Source: Elsinoe ampelina (taxonomy: Eukaryota). Taken from it: a stretch of DNA of 64,000 nt. A model generated the notes under the pieces. It saw nothing but the letters and a program-made list of their open reading frames with translations, ran no database searches and was not told the DNA's origin. A program made the translations under genes and the position numbers. Location of the stretch: assembly GCA_010093995.1 (NCBI GenBank), contig ML992502.1, positions 1,171,001-1,235,000 of the forward strand, given 5' to 3'. Below are positions 1-11,948 of this stretch, one piece after another. Numbering within the stretch: position 1 is the stretch's first letter; each line of letters opens with the position of its first letter.

Positions 1-604
1 AACGACAGTCTTGGTATGAGGCTAGAAAATGCTTGTAGATGCTTGATTGAGCTTGAAATGGTTGCAAAGTGGGTCGTGGATCTGAAGTGGGTGTCAATGG
101 CGCGCTCTACGGCTAGCGGAATCAGGCAGGTTGATTGCCATCTCCTTCGGTCTTCAATCCGTTTTCTTCTAGATCGCCTAAAGACGACCACAAGCGTCCA
201 ATGTCGCACGACCATAACCACGGACTTAGCCTTTGCAGGACGAACTTCATCATGCGCTATCGACGGCATGCAGCCCGATGGGACCACGACTACTGATCTA
301 CCCCTCAAAATTGTTCTATCTAGCAGATAGTGGGTGCAATTCGTCTTCGTCAATGGCGTCGGCTAGTTTGATGGCTCCATGCGGCAACCTCGAAAGATAG
401 CTAGACACATGCACAACGATTCATTCTCAGGTGGAATCGGCACACTTTTGGATGGTCGTCTACCAGCAGATCGCACGCGACTCTGGACGTAGACTGCCAC
501 AACAGGCAGGCGATCAAGCATGGCTCGCAAGAGAGGTCCGATAAATACCTCATGCTGCCCTCGAGAGCCTCATCGACCAGGGCAGTTTTGGATTCGTCCT
601 GATC

Positions 605-2729
605 ATGAGGTTCTCTACCATCTGCGCAGCTGCCTCGCTGGCGGCGACAGCATTCGCATCGCCGGTCGCACACTACACCCTTCATGAGAAGCGCAACAGT
701 GTACCCCATGGCTGGTCGAGACAACGGGAGCTTGACCGCAATGTCATACTGCCCATGCGTATCGCTCTGACGCAAGAGAACCTCGACAAGGCTTACGACC
801 ACCTCCTTGACATCTCTCACCCGGAGTCTGCCAATTACGGCAAGCATTGGACCTCCCAGCAGGTCGCAGAGACGTTCGCTCCTAGGTGGGACCATCGCTG
901 ATACTTAGCCGCGAGCCGGTGCTTGTAAGCTGTGATGCTGACCACTCAAAGTTCCGAAACTATCTCCGCCGTCAAGGAGTGGCTCGCATCGTCAGGCATC
1001 GACTCGGATCGTGTCTCTCAGTCTCAAAGCTTGAGCTGGCTGCACTTCGATGCTACAGTCGATGAAGCCGAGGCTTTACTCAAGACCAAGTACCACATCT
1101 TTGAACACACTACAGGTCAACCGCACGTTGCCTGTGATGAGTACAGTCTTCCAAGTCACATCAAAAAGCACATCGATTTCGTCACACCGTCGGTCCACTT
1201 TGATGCAAAGATTAGACCTCGCCAGCCCGACAACGAGGTGGCGAAGAGAGAAATACCCGACATTGCCAAATCGATTGGCAAGCCCGGCAGCGAGCCTGGT
1301 GCTGGGTCCCTACCAAAGCTTACCCAGAAGTTCGGCAAGGACAAGATCATCAAGCAGCTCGAGAACTGCGACACCCAGATTGTCCCCAACTGTCTCCGAG
1401 CCCTGTACGAGTTCCCACCGAACTTCCGAGCAAACCCAAAGAACTCTTATGGTATTGTCGAATACACTCCTCAAGCATACCTGCCTGGTGATCTTGACCT
1501 CTTCTTCGCCAACTTCTCGCCATCGCTGGTCGGAAGTCGACCAATCTTCGACTCTATCGATGGAGGAGTTCTTCAGAACACCACCCAGTCTTTCGGCTTC
1601 AATGGAGAGTCAGATCTCGATCTAGAATATGCCATGTCGCTGGTAGCACCGCAAAAGGTCGTACTTTACCAAGTAGGAGACCTTGTACAAGGCGCTTCAT
1701 TCAACAACTTCCTTGATGCGATCGACGGGAGTTACTGCAGCTACGAAGGTGGCGATGATCCAAGCCAGGATGGTGTCTACCCTGACCCGCTGCCCGGCGG
1801 ATACAAGGGACCACAGAACTGCGGCGGTTTTGCTGCCACCAAGGTCATCAGCACTTCCTATGGTTACAACGAGGCCGACCTCACTCCCTTCTATGAGCAA
1901 AGACAGTGCAACGAGTATGCCAAGCTAGGTCTGATGGGCGTCTCAGTCCTCTACTCTTCTGGTGACTATGGTGTTGCGGGTAACGGAGGCCAGTGCATCA
2001 ACCCGAACGGCACCTTCAACAGCGGTGCTAATGGGAGGTTCAACCCCAGCTTCCCAAGCACGTGTCCGTACGTGACAGCAGTGGGTGCCACCCAGGTCAT
2101 CCCTGGCACCAACATCATCAAGTCGCGTGCCACTGGCACCCAGCCTGAACAGGCATGCGAGACGGTCATCTACAGCGGTGGTGGCTTCAGCGAGAACTTT
2201 CCCCTCCCAAGCTACCAGGCCAAGGCCGTGAACAGCTGGTTCAAGAACTTCCCTCCTCCATACGGAGCAGATCGCTTCAACAACTCGAGGACAGTCCGAG
2301 CATACCCTGACATCTCTGCCAATGGAGCAAATTATGGTAGGTTTTGCCCAAGAACATCCTGAGTTGATACTGACTGTTGAAGTAATTGCCATCGACGGCA
2401 CGTTTGGTCTCGTCTTCGGAACCTCCGCCTCGTCACCGACTCTCGGTGCCATCCTCACCTTGATCAACCAAGCGCGTTTCGACCTCGGCAAGGGCCCTAT
2501 TGGCTTCATCAACCCGACCTTGTATGCCAACCCTTCGGCTCTGAACGATATCACTATGGGAGGAAACCAAGGCTGTGGTACTCCAGGCTTCTCCTCCGCG
2601 CCTGGCTGGGATCCTGTCACTGGACTCGGGGTAAGTGCTGGTCGCCGATGTTATCGAAGATCATTGCTGACAATTGTATAGACACCCAACTTCCCCAAGC
2701 TGCTCAAAGTCTTCCTGAGCTTGCCATAA
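605..2729 (+). CDS. Secreted sedolisin / tripeptidyl-peptidase (peptidase S53), 4 exons (605-885, 952-2336, 2383-2630, 2682-2729)
   Basis: Signal peptide and pro-domain (HPESANYGKHWT); catalytic motifs ESDLD, SSGD and GTSASSP; C-terminal GWDPVTGLG|TPNF; GT-AG introns restore the frame. Confidence 0.93.
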
Positions 2730-3404
2730 TGACAGCGTCCGAAGCCATGCCGCGTTGGTATATATGATAGCTTGCGGGACAGAGAAAGAAAGAGAAACAC
2801 GGTTGAGAATAGAGCAATTCACATCGTTATCTCCGACCGGAATTAAGCTCGGTATTAAGTTCACTCAAGAATGCTCCTCCATCCTGCCGCCCCTTCTCCA
2901 TGGCTTGTGATGTTGGAGCCGTGCGTGAGTCATCGATTTGATCCCTGCATTAGACCTGTATCTCAACCGCTTTTTTGCCTCCAGTAGTGATGAAGGGTGG
3001 TGTTCTTGGCGTTTTTCAGGAAGGTTTCGTTCGCTGTGAAGATCATCAGTCAGCATAGAAGTTGCGGGGATGCGACCTTGAATACACCACTTTCATCCTT
3101 CCGCTCTATTGAAACAATTGTTTCTGCTCCGACCCTACCAGCTGTCGCAAAGCTTTGTCGAAGTGCTAGCGAAAAGCACAGCGGACTGACACGACAGCCA
3201 TATTCGCAAACTGTCTCCAGGTCCCCTCTCCGCCTCTTCCAAGTCCGATTCGAGCTCCGTAGGCAATTACATCACATGCGCGACCAGAATACCGCAACTT
3301 GAACCGTCCGCAATCGACTCGATCTCGTCCCTGGAACCTTGATACGGCGTATCGCAGATCCTGCCTCAACATATCCGCGCTGTCACAGCGCATACCCGTC
3401 CAAA

Positions 3405-6321
3405 ATGAACCCCAATCGGCCAGTGCCGACCCCTCCCTCGACCAACTCCTCAACTGGCGCCTCTCCCAACGATGCACAATTCCGCGTGGTGCGCAAGAGG
3501 AATCGAGTCCCTCTGTCATGCGCACCATGTCGGCATCGCAAGTGGGTGGCTCGAGGCGTGTCTTGAGTTGGCGCATACTGACTGCAGCTAGACTAAAATG
3601 CAATCGCGGACATCCTTGCGACAATTGCACAAAACGAGGCGACACTCCGAATTGCACATATGCGTCCACTGCGACACGAAAGAGGCCAGGAGCAGGCGCA
3701 GGGTCTAATGGAACACCAGATGACATGCAGAACAGGATCGATAGGTTGGAGAGCTTGGTTCTATCTCTCATGTCAAATGGGAACTCCAGCGCGGCGGCGA
3801 GTGCACAAGCGGCGCTGAACAACGCGAGGAGTAGCAGCATTGCGGGCACATCACAAAGTGCAGGCAACTCCTACGATCAAGATGCGGACAATGCTATGGA
3901 GGAAGACCACGACGAGGACAGCGATGTTAATACCGTGTCACAAGGCTTGGGCATCATGAAGGTGGCAGAGGGGAAGACCATGTTCGTGTCCGAAGCGCAT
4001 TGGTATGCGATACTGGCAAATGTGAGTACTGGATTTATGGCCTTGAGAGTCAGAAGCTGACCCGACCAGATTGCAGAGGTCAAGAAGTTCTACGCCGAGC
4101 ACCTTGATGAGTACAAAGCACAGGTACGGAAGGTAGAAGCTTCGCAGGACGATGATGCTCCGGGTGGCACCCTCTTCTTCAAAGCGCCTCGACTGAGCAG
4201 CAGGGAGGAAGTGTTGGCCCACTTCCCCACCAAGCAGCAAACAGACACTCTCATTGGTCGCTACTTCAACTCCTACGATCCCTCCGTCCACATTATACAT
4301 GGTCCGACTTTCCAGAAGCAGTACGATGAGCATTGGAGCAATCCCTCCGAGTCGTCACTACCATTCGTCGCCATCATGTATGCAATGATGGCTCTTGCAT
4401 TACAGTCTTATGACCGAGCTGGTGACGAACCACCAGAGTATATCGGTCGTTCTTTGAGTGTGTCGGTAGTATTCCGGAGGTTGACGGCGCAAACGCTGGT
4501 GCTAGTGGGCATCACTGAGCCAGTTCCACAAATTGTCGAAGCCATGATCTTACATCTGCAAGCAGAGTACGCACGTGGTCGGGACACCGAGTCTGGCATC
4601 CTGATCCTCGTATCAATGACGGTCCGCATAGCGATGCGAATGGGATATCATCGAGACGCTGGACCACATCCGACTGTCACACCATTTCAAGCAGAGATGC
4701 GTCGTCGTGTCTGGATGATGATCCGGCAATCCGATCTTTTGTTCTCCTTCCAGGCTGGTCTGCCTTCTGTCAGCCGAGCAGATTGTAGCGATACGCAACT
4801 GCCGCGCAATCTGTACGACGATGAGCTATACGAGGACATGCCCGCGCTTCCACCTTCACGGCCCGAGAGCGAGCCAACGCCCATGTCATATATGATCGCC
4901 AAAGCCAGGTTATCACAGGTCTTTGGAGTTGTAGTTGACAGGCTCGGGTCGGTATCATCTCCACCTTCATATGATGAGATACTAGATATCGACAAGCAGC
5001 TGAAGGAGGTTCGAGCGAAACTACCACCTCATCTTCGCGTTCGACCACTGCACGAGTCCATGACGGAGCCGGCGAATATTCTCATGCAAAGACTCGGTCT
5101 GGAATTGCTGTATCTCAAGTCGCAATGCGTCCTTCATCGACGTTTCCTGTCTCGAGGTCGCGAGAGTGCTCGTTTTGACTACTCACGGCGTAGCTGTATC
5201 GACGCAAGTATGGACATGCTCACACACCAAGCTATGCTGCATCACGAGTCACAGCCAGGCGGTCGCCTTCATAGCGTGAAGTGGTACATCTCTTCTCTCA
5301 CCACACACGATTTCTTGCTGGCGGCTATGATAGTCTGCTTGGAATTGCACCATCTGGCCGAAGCAGAGCGTACTGGACGGAAGGGCAGCGCGACGTCGAG
5401 CCCCATGAATGACTTTGTGGATGAACGACGTGATGAGATGCTTTCTGCTATTCGACACTCTATGAACATTTGGGAGTCATTGCGTGATCGATCTATGGAG
5501 GCATGGAAGGCAAGCACAACTCTCCGCGTCATGCTGGAAAAGTTGATGGCCTTGCGTAATGTTCAGACCGAGGGACAAACACCTCCTGCCAATGGACTGG
5601 GGGCAATGGGACAGCGTCAGACCGGCAAAGCATACACACTCTCGCACGGCATGGCGTCGTTTGGCGGCGTTCCTATGGGCGACGACAAGGGAGCAGAACA
5701 GGCTGCGGCCATGACTCTCGGCCTTCTAAGCAGCGGCGGTGTCAGTCCAGGTCAATACCCTGCTCCTCAGCAAGGCCAGAATGGATCTCCCGCTGGGACG
5801 AGCACAATCGACAGCAAACCCTACCCAGCCAGTATGGCTGGCTTGCTGAACGATCCAGTCAGCCAAGAAGGTCGAACAGGTCTCACCCCTGGCTATACCG
5901 GCAATTTGGACGCCGCCAGCCCGTTTAGCCAAATGTTCGGCCAAGCAGGCAGTGTCTTCGACAATCTGACACAAGGCGGCAACGAAGTCGACTGGGCAAG
6001 TCTCATTACCCCCGTGCTCGCCAGGTCCAAAGGCTAACATCTCTCCAGGGCGCATGGGACTCTTTCATCCAAGGCACCGCCATGGATCCTGTGACGATGT
6101 GGCCGAGTGTACCTGACGTGGCGGGCGGTGCGCCGATTGATCCTGCTATCGGGGGGCAGGGTTCAAATCTTAATGGTATTGCGGTTGCTGCTCAGGGACT
6201 GGTGCAGGGTCAGGGTCAAAGCCAGGGGCAGAAGGATGGGCAGATCTCGGGCGTCGGATCGGGCAGTGCGACGACGTTCATGGGGGCGCAAGGGAATGGG
6301 TTGCAGTGGGTTGGCAAGTAG
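3405..6321 (+). CDS. Zn(II)2Cys6 fungal transcription factor with fungal-specific middle homology region; introns 3542-3591, 4022-4069, 5996-6048 (GC-AG)
   Basis: Spliced RKRNRVPLSCAPCRHRK|LKCNRGHPCDNCTKRG..C zinc cluster; AMRMGYHRD...EMRRRVW motif. Confidence 0.92.
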
Positions 6322-7256
6322 AAAACGCAGTAATCGGACGACGGCAGTACTGTCATTGCAAAGCGGCGTCTTGACGCATGAAGGGGAAAAGAGTCTTGCA
6401 AGAGTAGATATCCAAAATCACCAGGGGGACTTAGGTACTGTATGCTACGCACAGCTGGGAATGACGAGGATACGAATGACATCTTTACCCTTTGATTTTC
6501 CCCTCCTTCTTTCACTCCCATCCTCCATCTAGTCAGGACATCGTGGATGGGAAGAGTGAGAAGTATAAAATCAAGCTGTTCAGGAGAAGGCTGACAGCTC
6601 CGGTGGGGGTCTGACACCTCATCCTCCTTTATCACGTACTTCATCACTCTGCATGGCTGCAAGCCACCTAGAAGGACTGCAATTCCATGCGAAGATTCAA
6701 GCTCTTCAATTATGACGATTGTCACTGAGAATCGACGCAGTTCGCCATGTGCTGACACGGTGTTGACACGCAGATACCAAACCCCACGAATTCGCCACCT
6801 TGCCGCTGCGTCGACTCTACTCTTGTGATAGACGCTCCTCAACACACAGTTTATCGACAGGAATCAGCGACAACAATAGAGGAGTATGGTACGCGTCTTC
6901 CAGTGCACACTTGCATCATTGTTGCACAACACGTCTCGATTGTCGATGTCTACCTCTCCGGATCCCCTCAAGTCCGTTCGGAACTGCAAGCACCTTGCAC
7001 GTCAGTCGCCCGCAGGAACAGCATCCCATTGATCGAGGGACGAGCATTGCCCACAAACATTCGTCTGGTGACCAGAATTTACCAGAGGTTGACGACTGCC
7101 GACCCCGAGACTTACGCGGCAGCTGCTGTAATGCATCCTCATCGGAGTCGTGGATGGGTGGGTATGGTTTCTTTTGTCCATGTATTTCAGGACTGATCTT
7201 CTCTCTCTCTCTGAATTCTGATTGAAATCTCTCACACATCACACGTGCGCATCAAG

Positions 7257-8074
7257 ATGAAGTTCAATACAATCTCTAGCGCTATCCTTCTCTCCTCAGC
7301 CAGCGTGCTTGCTGATGGAGGACCGTGGGGCAACAGAGGCGGTCCCGGCGGCTGGGGAGGAGCAGGTCTACCTTCATGCTTCGTGAGACATTCGTTCTCA
7401 TCCTCGTACGCTCCACTGACCACTCCAGGACAACTGTGATGACGACCTCTCCACCATCAACTTCTCCCAAGGCGGTCTCACCACCCTCTGCGCCAACACC
7501 ACCCTCGTCGACACAGTCAACACCTGCATCTCCACCTCCAACTGCAGCACCACCGACAAGCAAAGTCTGTCCCCTCCCCCTACCAACACCTCTCCGCCCC
7601 CCCGCTGACCCTCCACAGACACCTACCAAGCCCTCGCCCAAATCTGCGCCAACGCCGGCTCCCCCCTCACCGCCTCCCCAGAAGCGACCTACTCCGCCAC
7701 CTCAGGCGGCACAAACTACCCCACAGGCACAGGCCAATGGGCCTCCTACGCCTCGGCCTTCAGCACCACGACCTCCCCGCCCTCCGGCCCCTGGCGTCCA
7801 GGCAACGGCTACGGCCCCTTCGGCCCCAACGCAGCAGACAACGGCTACGGCCCATGGGCGAACGACCACTCGGGCGCATGGACCAACGGACCCTGGACGC
7901 AATGGTGGGGTGGAAGCGCCTGTCCGCCGTCGAGTTGGTCGGGGTGGACGAGCGGGCCGTGGGGGACGCAGGCGCCGTGGACGAGTTGGACGGCGTGCGC
8001 GGCGAGCTCGACGCCGACTGGGGTGGTGACTCGTACGGTTACGACGGGGGGTGTGCGGAGTGTGGTTACGAGTA

Positions 8075-8124
<50 letters not shown>

Positions 8125-8170
8125 GGGAGCGTGTTTGGTGGGGGGGTTGGTGGGGATTGTAGGGTTGTGA
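7257..8170 (+). CDS. Secreted, probably GPI-anchored CFEM-like (6-Cys) protein with Trp/Gly/Pro-rich region; introns 7383-7428, 7565-7618; frame broken by poly-G
   Basis: Signal peptide MKFNTISSAILLSSASVLA; LPSCF|DNC..LC..TC..NC..IC Cys spacing; hydrophobic tail VGACLVGGLVGIVGL* after the G run, in a different frame. Confidence 0.65.
8076..8123. repeat. 48-nt poly-G homopolymer
   Basis: Direct count in sequence. Confidence 0.95.
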
Positions 8171-8682
8171 GATGGGAAGAAGGGGGACGGGGGTTGAGAG
8201 CGGGGGTCCGGTGGAGGTTTAGTGGGCTGTGATGCGAGATTGTGTGCTAGTAAAACAATGATGGCGGTTTTGCTATTTGGTTTCGATCGTCGAGAAGTTC
8301 TTTGAAATCGAACATACTTGTTCGACCTTACAAGTTCCAATCCATGTCGTCAAAGACACTGGATTGAACGCATGCACGACTCGTTCCCTCAGCCCCCATT
8401 CGCTGGTCCCATCTCCAGCTGAGAATGATCTGCGCTCCGTCACCACTATGATCTGCACCGGCGTATAAGTAGCACGAAGCTACCCACCCGAGCGGGGTCA
8501 GAGAACACCAACAACACAGCTCCGTTTCCCGCATGCATGAAGCTGAAAAGGGAGGTAAGACAATCTATCTTAACCGGTGCGGCACACTTTTTCATTCCTA
8601 AATAAACCCACTACCTCAACCACCTTGCTCCCCCTCCCTATCCCGCACTGCTCCCCCCAGCCCTCTACACAAATCCAACACC

Positions 8683-10227
8683 ATGCTCCCCCTCCCCCTC
8701 ACCACCACCCTCCTCCTCCTCCTCCTCCCACCCCTCTACCTCCTCCTCACAACCCTCCACACCCTCCTCCTCTCCCCGCTCCGCACCATCCCCGGCCCCC
8801 TCCCCGCCCGCCTCACCAACCTCTACCGCTTCCTCTCCGTCCTCCGCGGCCACCACCACCTGACCCAACGCGCCCTCCACGCCCGCCACGGCCCCTACAT
8901 CCTCCTCGGCCCAAACTGCATCTCCACAACCGACACATCCCTCATCAACGTCCTCTACCCCCTGCAGAAACCAAGGTGGATCAAGAGCGAGTACTTCCGG
9001 ACCTCGGACTTTTTGCACCCGGTCACGGGGGAGGTTCTGCACGCTTCTGTCTCGGTGAGGGACGAGGAGGAGCACACGCGGATGGTGAGACCGGTGGCGC
9101 GGTTCTACACCACGACGGGGGTGTTGCGGTACGAGAGCCGGATGGACGGGGTGGTGCGGCGGTTGCTTCTGGAGCTGGAAGGGAGGTTTGTGGCGCCGGG
9201 AAGGGAGAGGTGTGAGATTGGCGAGTGGTTGCATTACGCGGCGTGGGATTTGATTGCCAAGATCACGTTTGGGAGGGAGTTTGGGTTTTTGAGCGAGGGG
9301 AGGGATGTGAGGGGTTTGATCGGGCAGAGTGAGCGGAGTTTGGATTATATGGCTTCTGTTGGGCAGATTCCGTGGTTGGATGGGTGGGTGGGGAAGAATA
9401 GGTGGGTGAGGTTTCCTGTCGGGACGATGGCTGAGGGGGTGAGATTTGCGAAGGAGCAATTGGATGGGAGGCTGAGTGGGGAGGATGAGCATGATAGGGA
9501 GAAGGAACCGGATTTGTTGGATGATTTTCTTGGGTTGAGAGAGGAGGATCCGAGTATTACTGATGAGAGGTTGGTGCAGTGGGCGTTTAGGAATGTTGCT
9601 GCTGGCAGTGACACGACTGCGATAGAGATGCGGGCTGCTGTCTACTACCTGGCGAAAGACCAGGCAGCTCAGCGACAGCTGCAAGAGGAGCTGGACCAGA
9701 CAGGCGTGAGTGAGAAAGTGCGACGGGGCGACGGGCTCAAGTACAAGGATCTGTACACCTTGCCATACTTGGGAGCAGTGATACACGAGAGTCTCAGGAT
9801 GCATCCCGGCATTGCCTTGAGCTTGGAAAGATTGGTGCCGAGCGAGGGATACATCCTGCCTAATGGCACGTACCTGCCCCCGGGTACGATTGTTGGCATT
9901 AATCCGGCAGTGATCAATCGGTTGCCAGAAGTCTTTGGGGCCGATGCCGATACTTTCAATCCCGAGCGGTGGCTGCAACGGCCGGAGGAATCGAACGAAG
10001 AGTTCAAGGTGAGAATCGGCCGGATGAAGGAGACTGACATGACCTTCGGTCGTGGCAAGAGAGTATGTGCTGGCAGACACATTGCTATGGTAGAGATGTA
10101 CAAGGTCATCGCTCCATTGTTCTCAACCTTCGGGATTCGACTGGTCGATCCGAAGAAAGAGTGGAAGACCAAGAACAGTTTCTTTCATCGACAATGGGAC
10201 ATGGATGTGTACCTGGAGAAGAGATGA
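8683..10227 (+). CDS. Cytochrome P450 monooxygenase (intronless, 514 aa)
   Basis: N-terminal membrane anchor and PGP hinge, AGSDTT I-helix, ESLR (ExxR), PERW, heme motif FGRGKRVCAG. Confidence 0.96.
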   Translation: MLPLPLTTTLLLLLLPPLYLLLTTLHTLLLSPLRTIPGPLPARLTNLYRFLSVLRGHHHLTQRALHARHGPYILLGPNCISTTDTSLINVLYPLQKPRWIKSEYFRTSDFLHPVTGEVLHASVSVRDEEEHTRMVRPVARFYTTTGVLRYESRMDGVVRRLLLELEGRFVAPGRERCEIGEWLHYAAWDLIAKITFGREFGFLSEGRDVRGLIGQSERSLDYMASVGQIPWLDGWVGKNRWVRFPVGTMAEGVRFAKEQLDGRLSGEDEHDREKEPDLLDDFLGLREEDPSITDERLVQWAFRNVAAGSDTTAIEMRAAVYYLAKDQAAQRQLQEELDQTGVSEKVRRGDGLKYKDLYTLPYLGAVIHESLRMHPGIALSLERLVPSEGYILPNGTYLPPGTIVGINPAVINRLPEVFGADADTFNPERWLQRPEESNEEFKVRIGRMKETDMTFGRGKRVCAGRHIAMVEMYKVIAPLFSTFGIRLVDPKKEWKTKNSFFHRQWDMDVYLEKR

Positions 10228-10259
10228 TTCGAGTTCCTCTTTGGCGTGCTCCAAGTCAA

Positions 10260-11708
10260 CTACTCGACCAGGAAGCGATTTAATAGAGCCACGTTCCAGT
10301 CTTGGAAACGACGAGCATCATTCGGCAGAATACTGTTGGCTTGTCCCAGCTCATCGACAAGAGCGGCTTCCAGTGTTGCGGGCAATGTCAGCTCATCGAG
10401 GGATATGTTCTGTGAGTTCAGCTTGGTGGCTTCTGCTCTTGGCTGGATCAAATGTCGCTTGTAGAAAATCTTGACAGCGGGTTCGGGTTGCCCTGTATAG
10501 GTGGATAGAGAGTAATACACTAACGGAGAGAAGATCCAAATCTACGCTGTTCAGCATAAATGAGTGGTAGAGATTGAGAGTACATACGGTAAAGTCATTG
10601 TACCTGCCCTGAAACTTGCGAGCTCCAGAGGTATCAATGAGAGCTAGAAGATACGACGAGAGCCACTTTGACACTTGATAATGCTCTTCCGAGTTGTCAA
10701 CTTCGGACTTGATACGCTTAAGTAGTGGCTTGAAGAGTCTGATGCCCGAGCAAAGGCTGTCTACCTCTCCAAGTGGTGAGCCGCACTTGCTACAGGCAAC
10801 GCTGCCAGTAGTATCTGATACCTGAACCAGTCAGCCTTGGGGAGACTCTCGACCGTATCACGCAGGTCACGAGGCATGTATCTTTCCGAAATCCTTTGAA
10901 AGCCAATTCTCTAGCAGTCCAAGTGAAATGAAAGGACCAGATGGGGTAACCACGTCACGAGACGAAGCTCGGAGGGCTACCTAATCATCGTTGCTGTCGG
11001 GCGAATTGTATCGGAGTTGTTCCGTAGTAGCGGGTGTGGACCCAGGGAAGGCCTCCTTCTTATTGCCCATGATATGGATATTGGAGAATCCTAGATTATG
11101 AAACTTACTGTAATGTTCGTACAGTCCTCTTGTGACACCAGGATTGTCAGTGTGTCCACATACCCTACTCCGGACCTTGCCGTGAGCTTGCTGGAAGCAC
11201 TGTAGCCTTTGCCATTGACTTGATCGTGATCATGGTCTTCTTCGGGCTTGTGACAGTGCCAGAGATCCATCATCTCCGCCCACCCTTCCGAGGGGAGATC
11301 TTTATAGGACTTTACAGTCTGCCGATCCAATAAAGGACCGTTACATTCGTCTCCGTTAGCAGACTTGCCTCCACAACAGAAACACGAAGATTGTCCAAGT
11401 TGGCTAGCGGTCCATAAAATCTTGTTCTGTTCCGAAGTGGCCGTGGACCGTCTTGATCGTGATAGACCTACCAGCCGTGAAGTCCTTGAAGTGGCTGGCG
11501 GCGATGGCAAAAGCTTTGTGTCATGTTGCTCCGAGACAGGAGTGTAAAGTCTGATTCTCTCTTCCTGTCCATGATGTTGCAAGTTGATGGCATACCCAGA
11601 GTCAGTAATTTGTAATCTGGTGTTGCTGTCAAGGCCGGCTTCGATCTGGACGACCAGATTTGTGGACTTCACATATGGTAGATGTTCTGCGAATAGCACG
11701 ACCGCCAT
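10260..11708 (-). CDS. HECT_2 / E2C-binding protein (IPA1/UBE3D-like); exons 11708-11109, 10821-10588, 10541-10260
   Basis: DLPSEGWAEMMDLWHCHKP motif, CSKC, IWIFSP after splicing. Confidence 0.85.
10874..11070 (-). ncRNA. Intron-encoded box H/ACA guide RNA, predicted U2 snRNA Psi42 guide (snR81-like)
   Basis: Hairpin GGGC/GCCC, GGAG/CTCC, TTCC/GGAA with pocket strands AAGAA and GATAC complementary to U2 GUAUC-U-G-UUCUU; H box ACAGCA 15 nt below the pocket top; second hairpin followed by ACA+3 nt. Confidence 0.8.
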
Positions 11709-11948
11709 GGTCAATCGATTTGAGAATTGTCGATTATGTTCCGTGTCATAATGCCATCGCCATATTCGTATTAGATCAATCAGCGTCGCTCGCGTGTCAG
11801 GTGTAGGTTCGAGAGGTGAAGCTTAAGAGGCGAAGAAGTCATGACATGGATGCCAAGACAAAGATAGGGTTTCACATAGTAGCACTTTATCCGCAACCGT
11901 ATGGACGAAAGTATGATATTTCAGCTGGCTTGTCTGATCGTGATATAT

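Noticed and set aside
7325..9215. Pro-rich ORFs (7325-8029, 7702-8340, 8577-9215)
   Set aside because: Alternative-frame readings of C-rich or G-rich DNA in real genes
8665..10080. 471-aa minus-strand ORF
   Set aside because: Antisense shadow of the P450 gene, with no recognisable motifs
605..10227. Sedolisin, Zn2Cys6 TF, CFEM-like gene and P450 as a secondary-metabolite cluster
   Set aside because: No PKS, NRPS, terpene synthase or RiPP precursor is visible in the window
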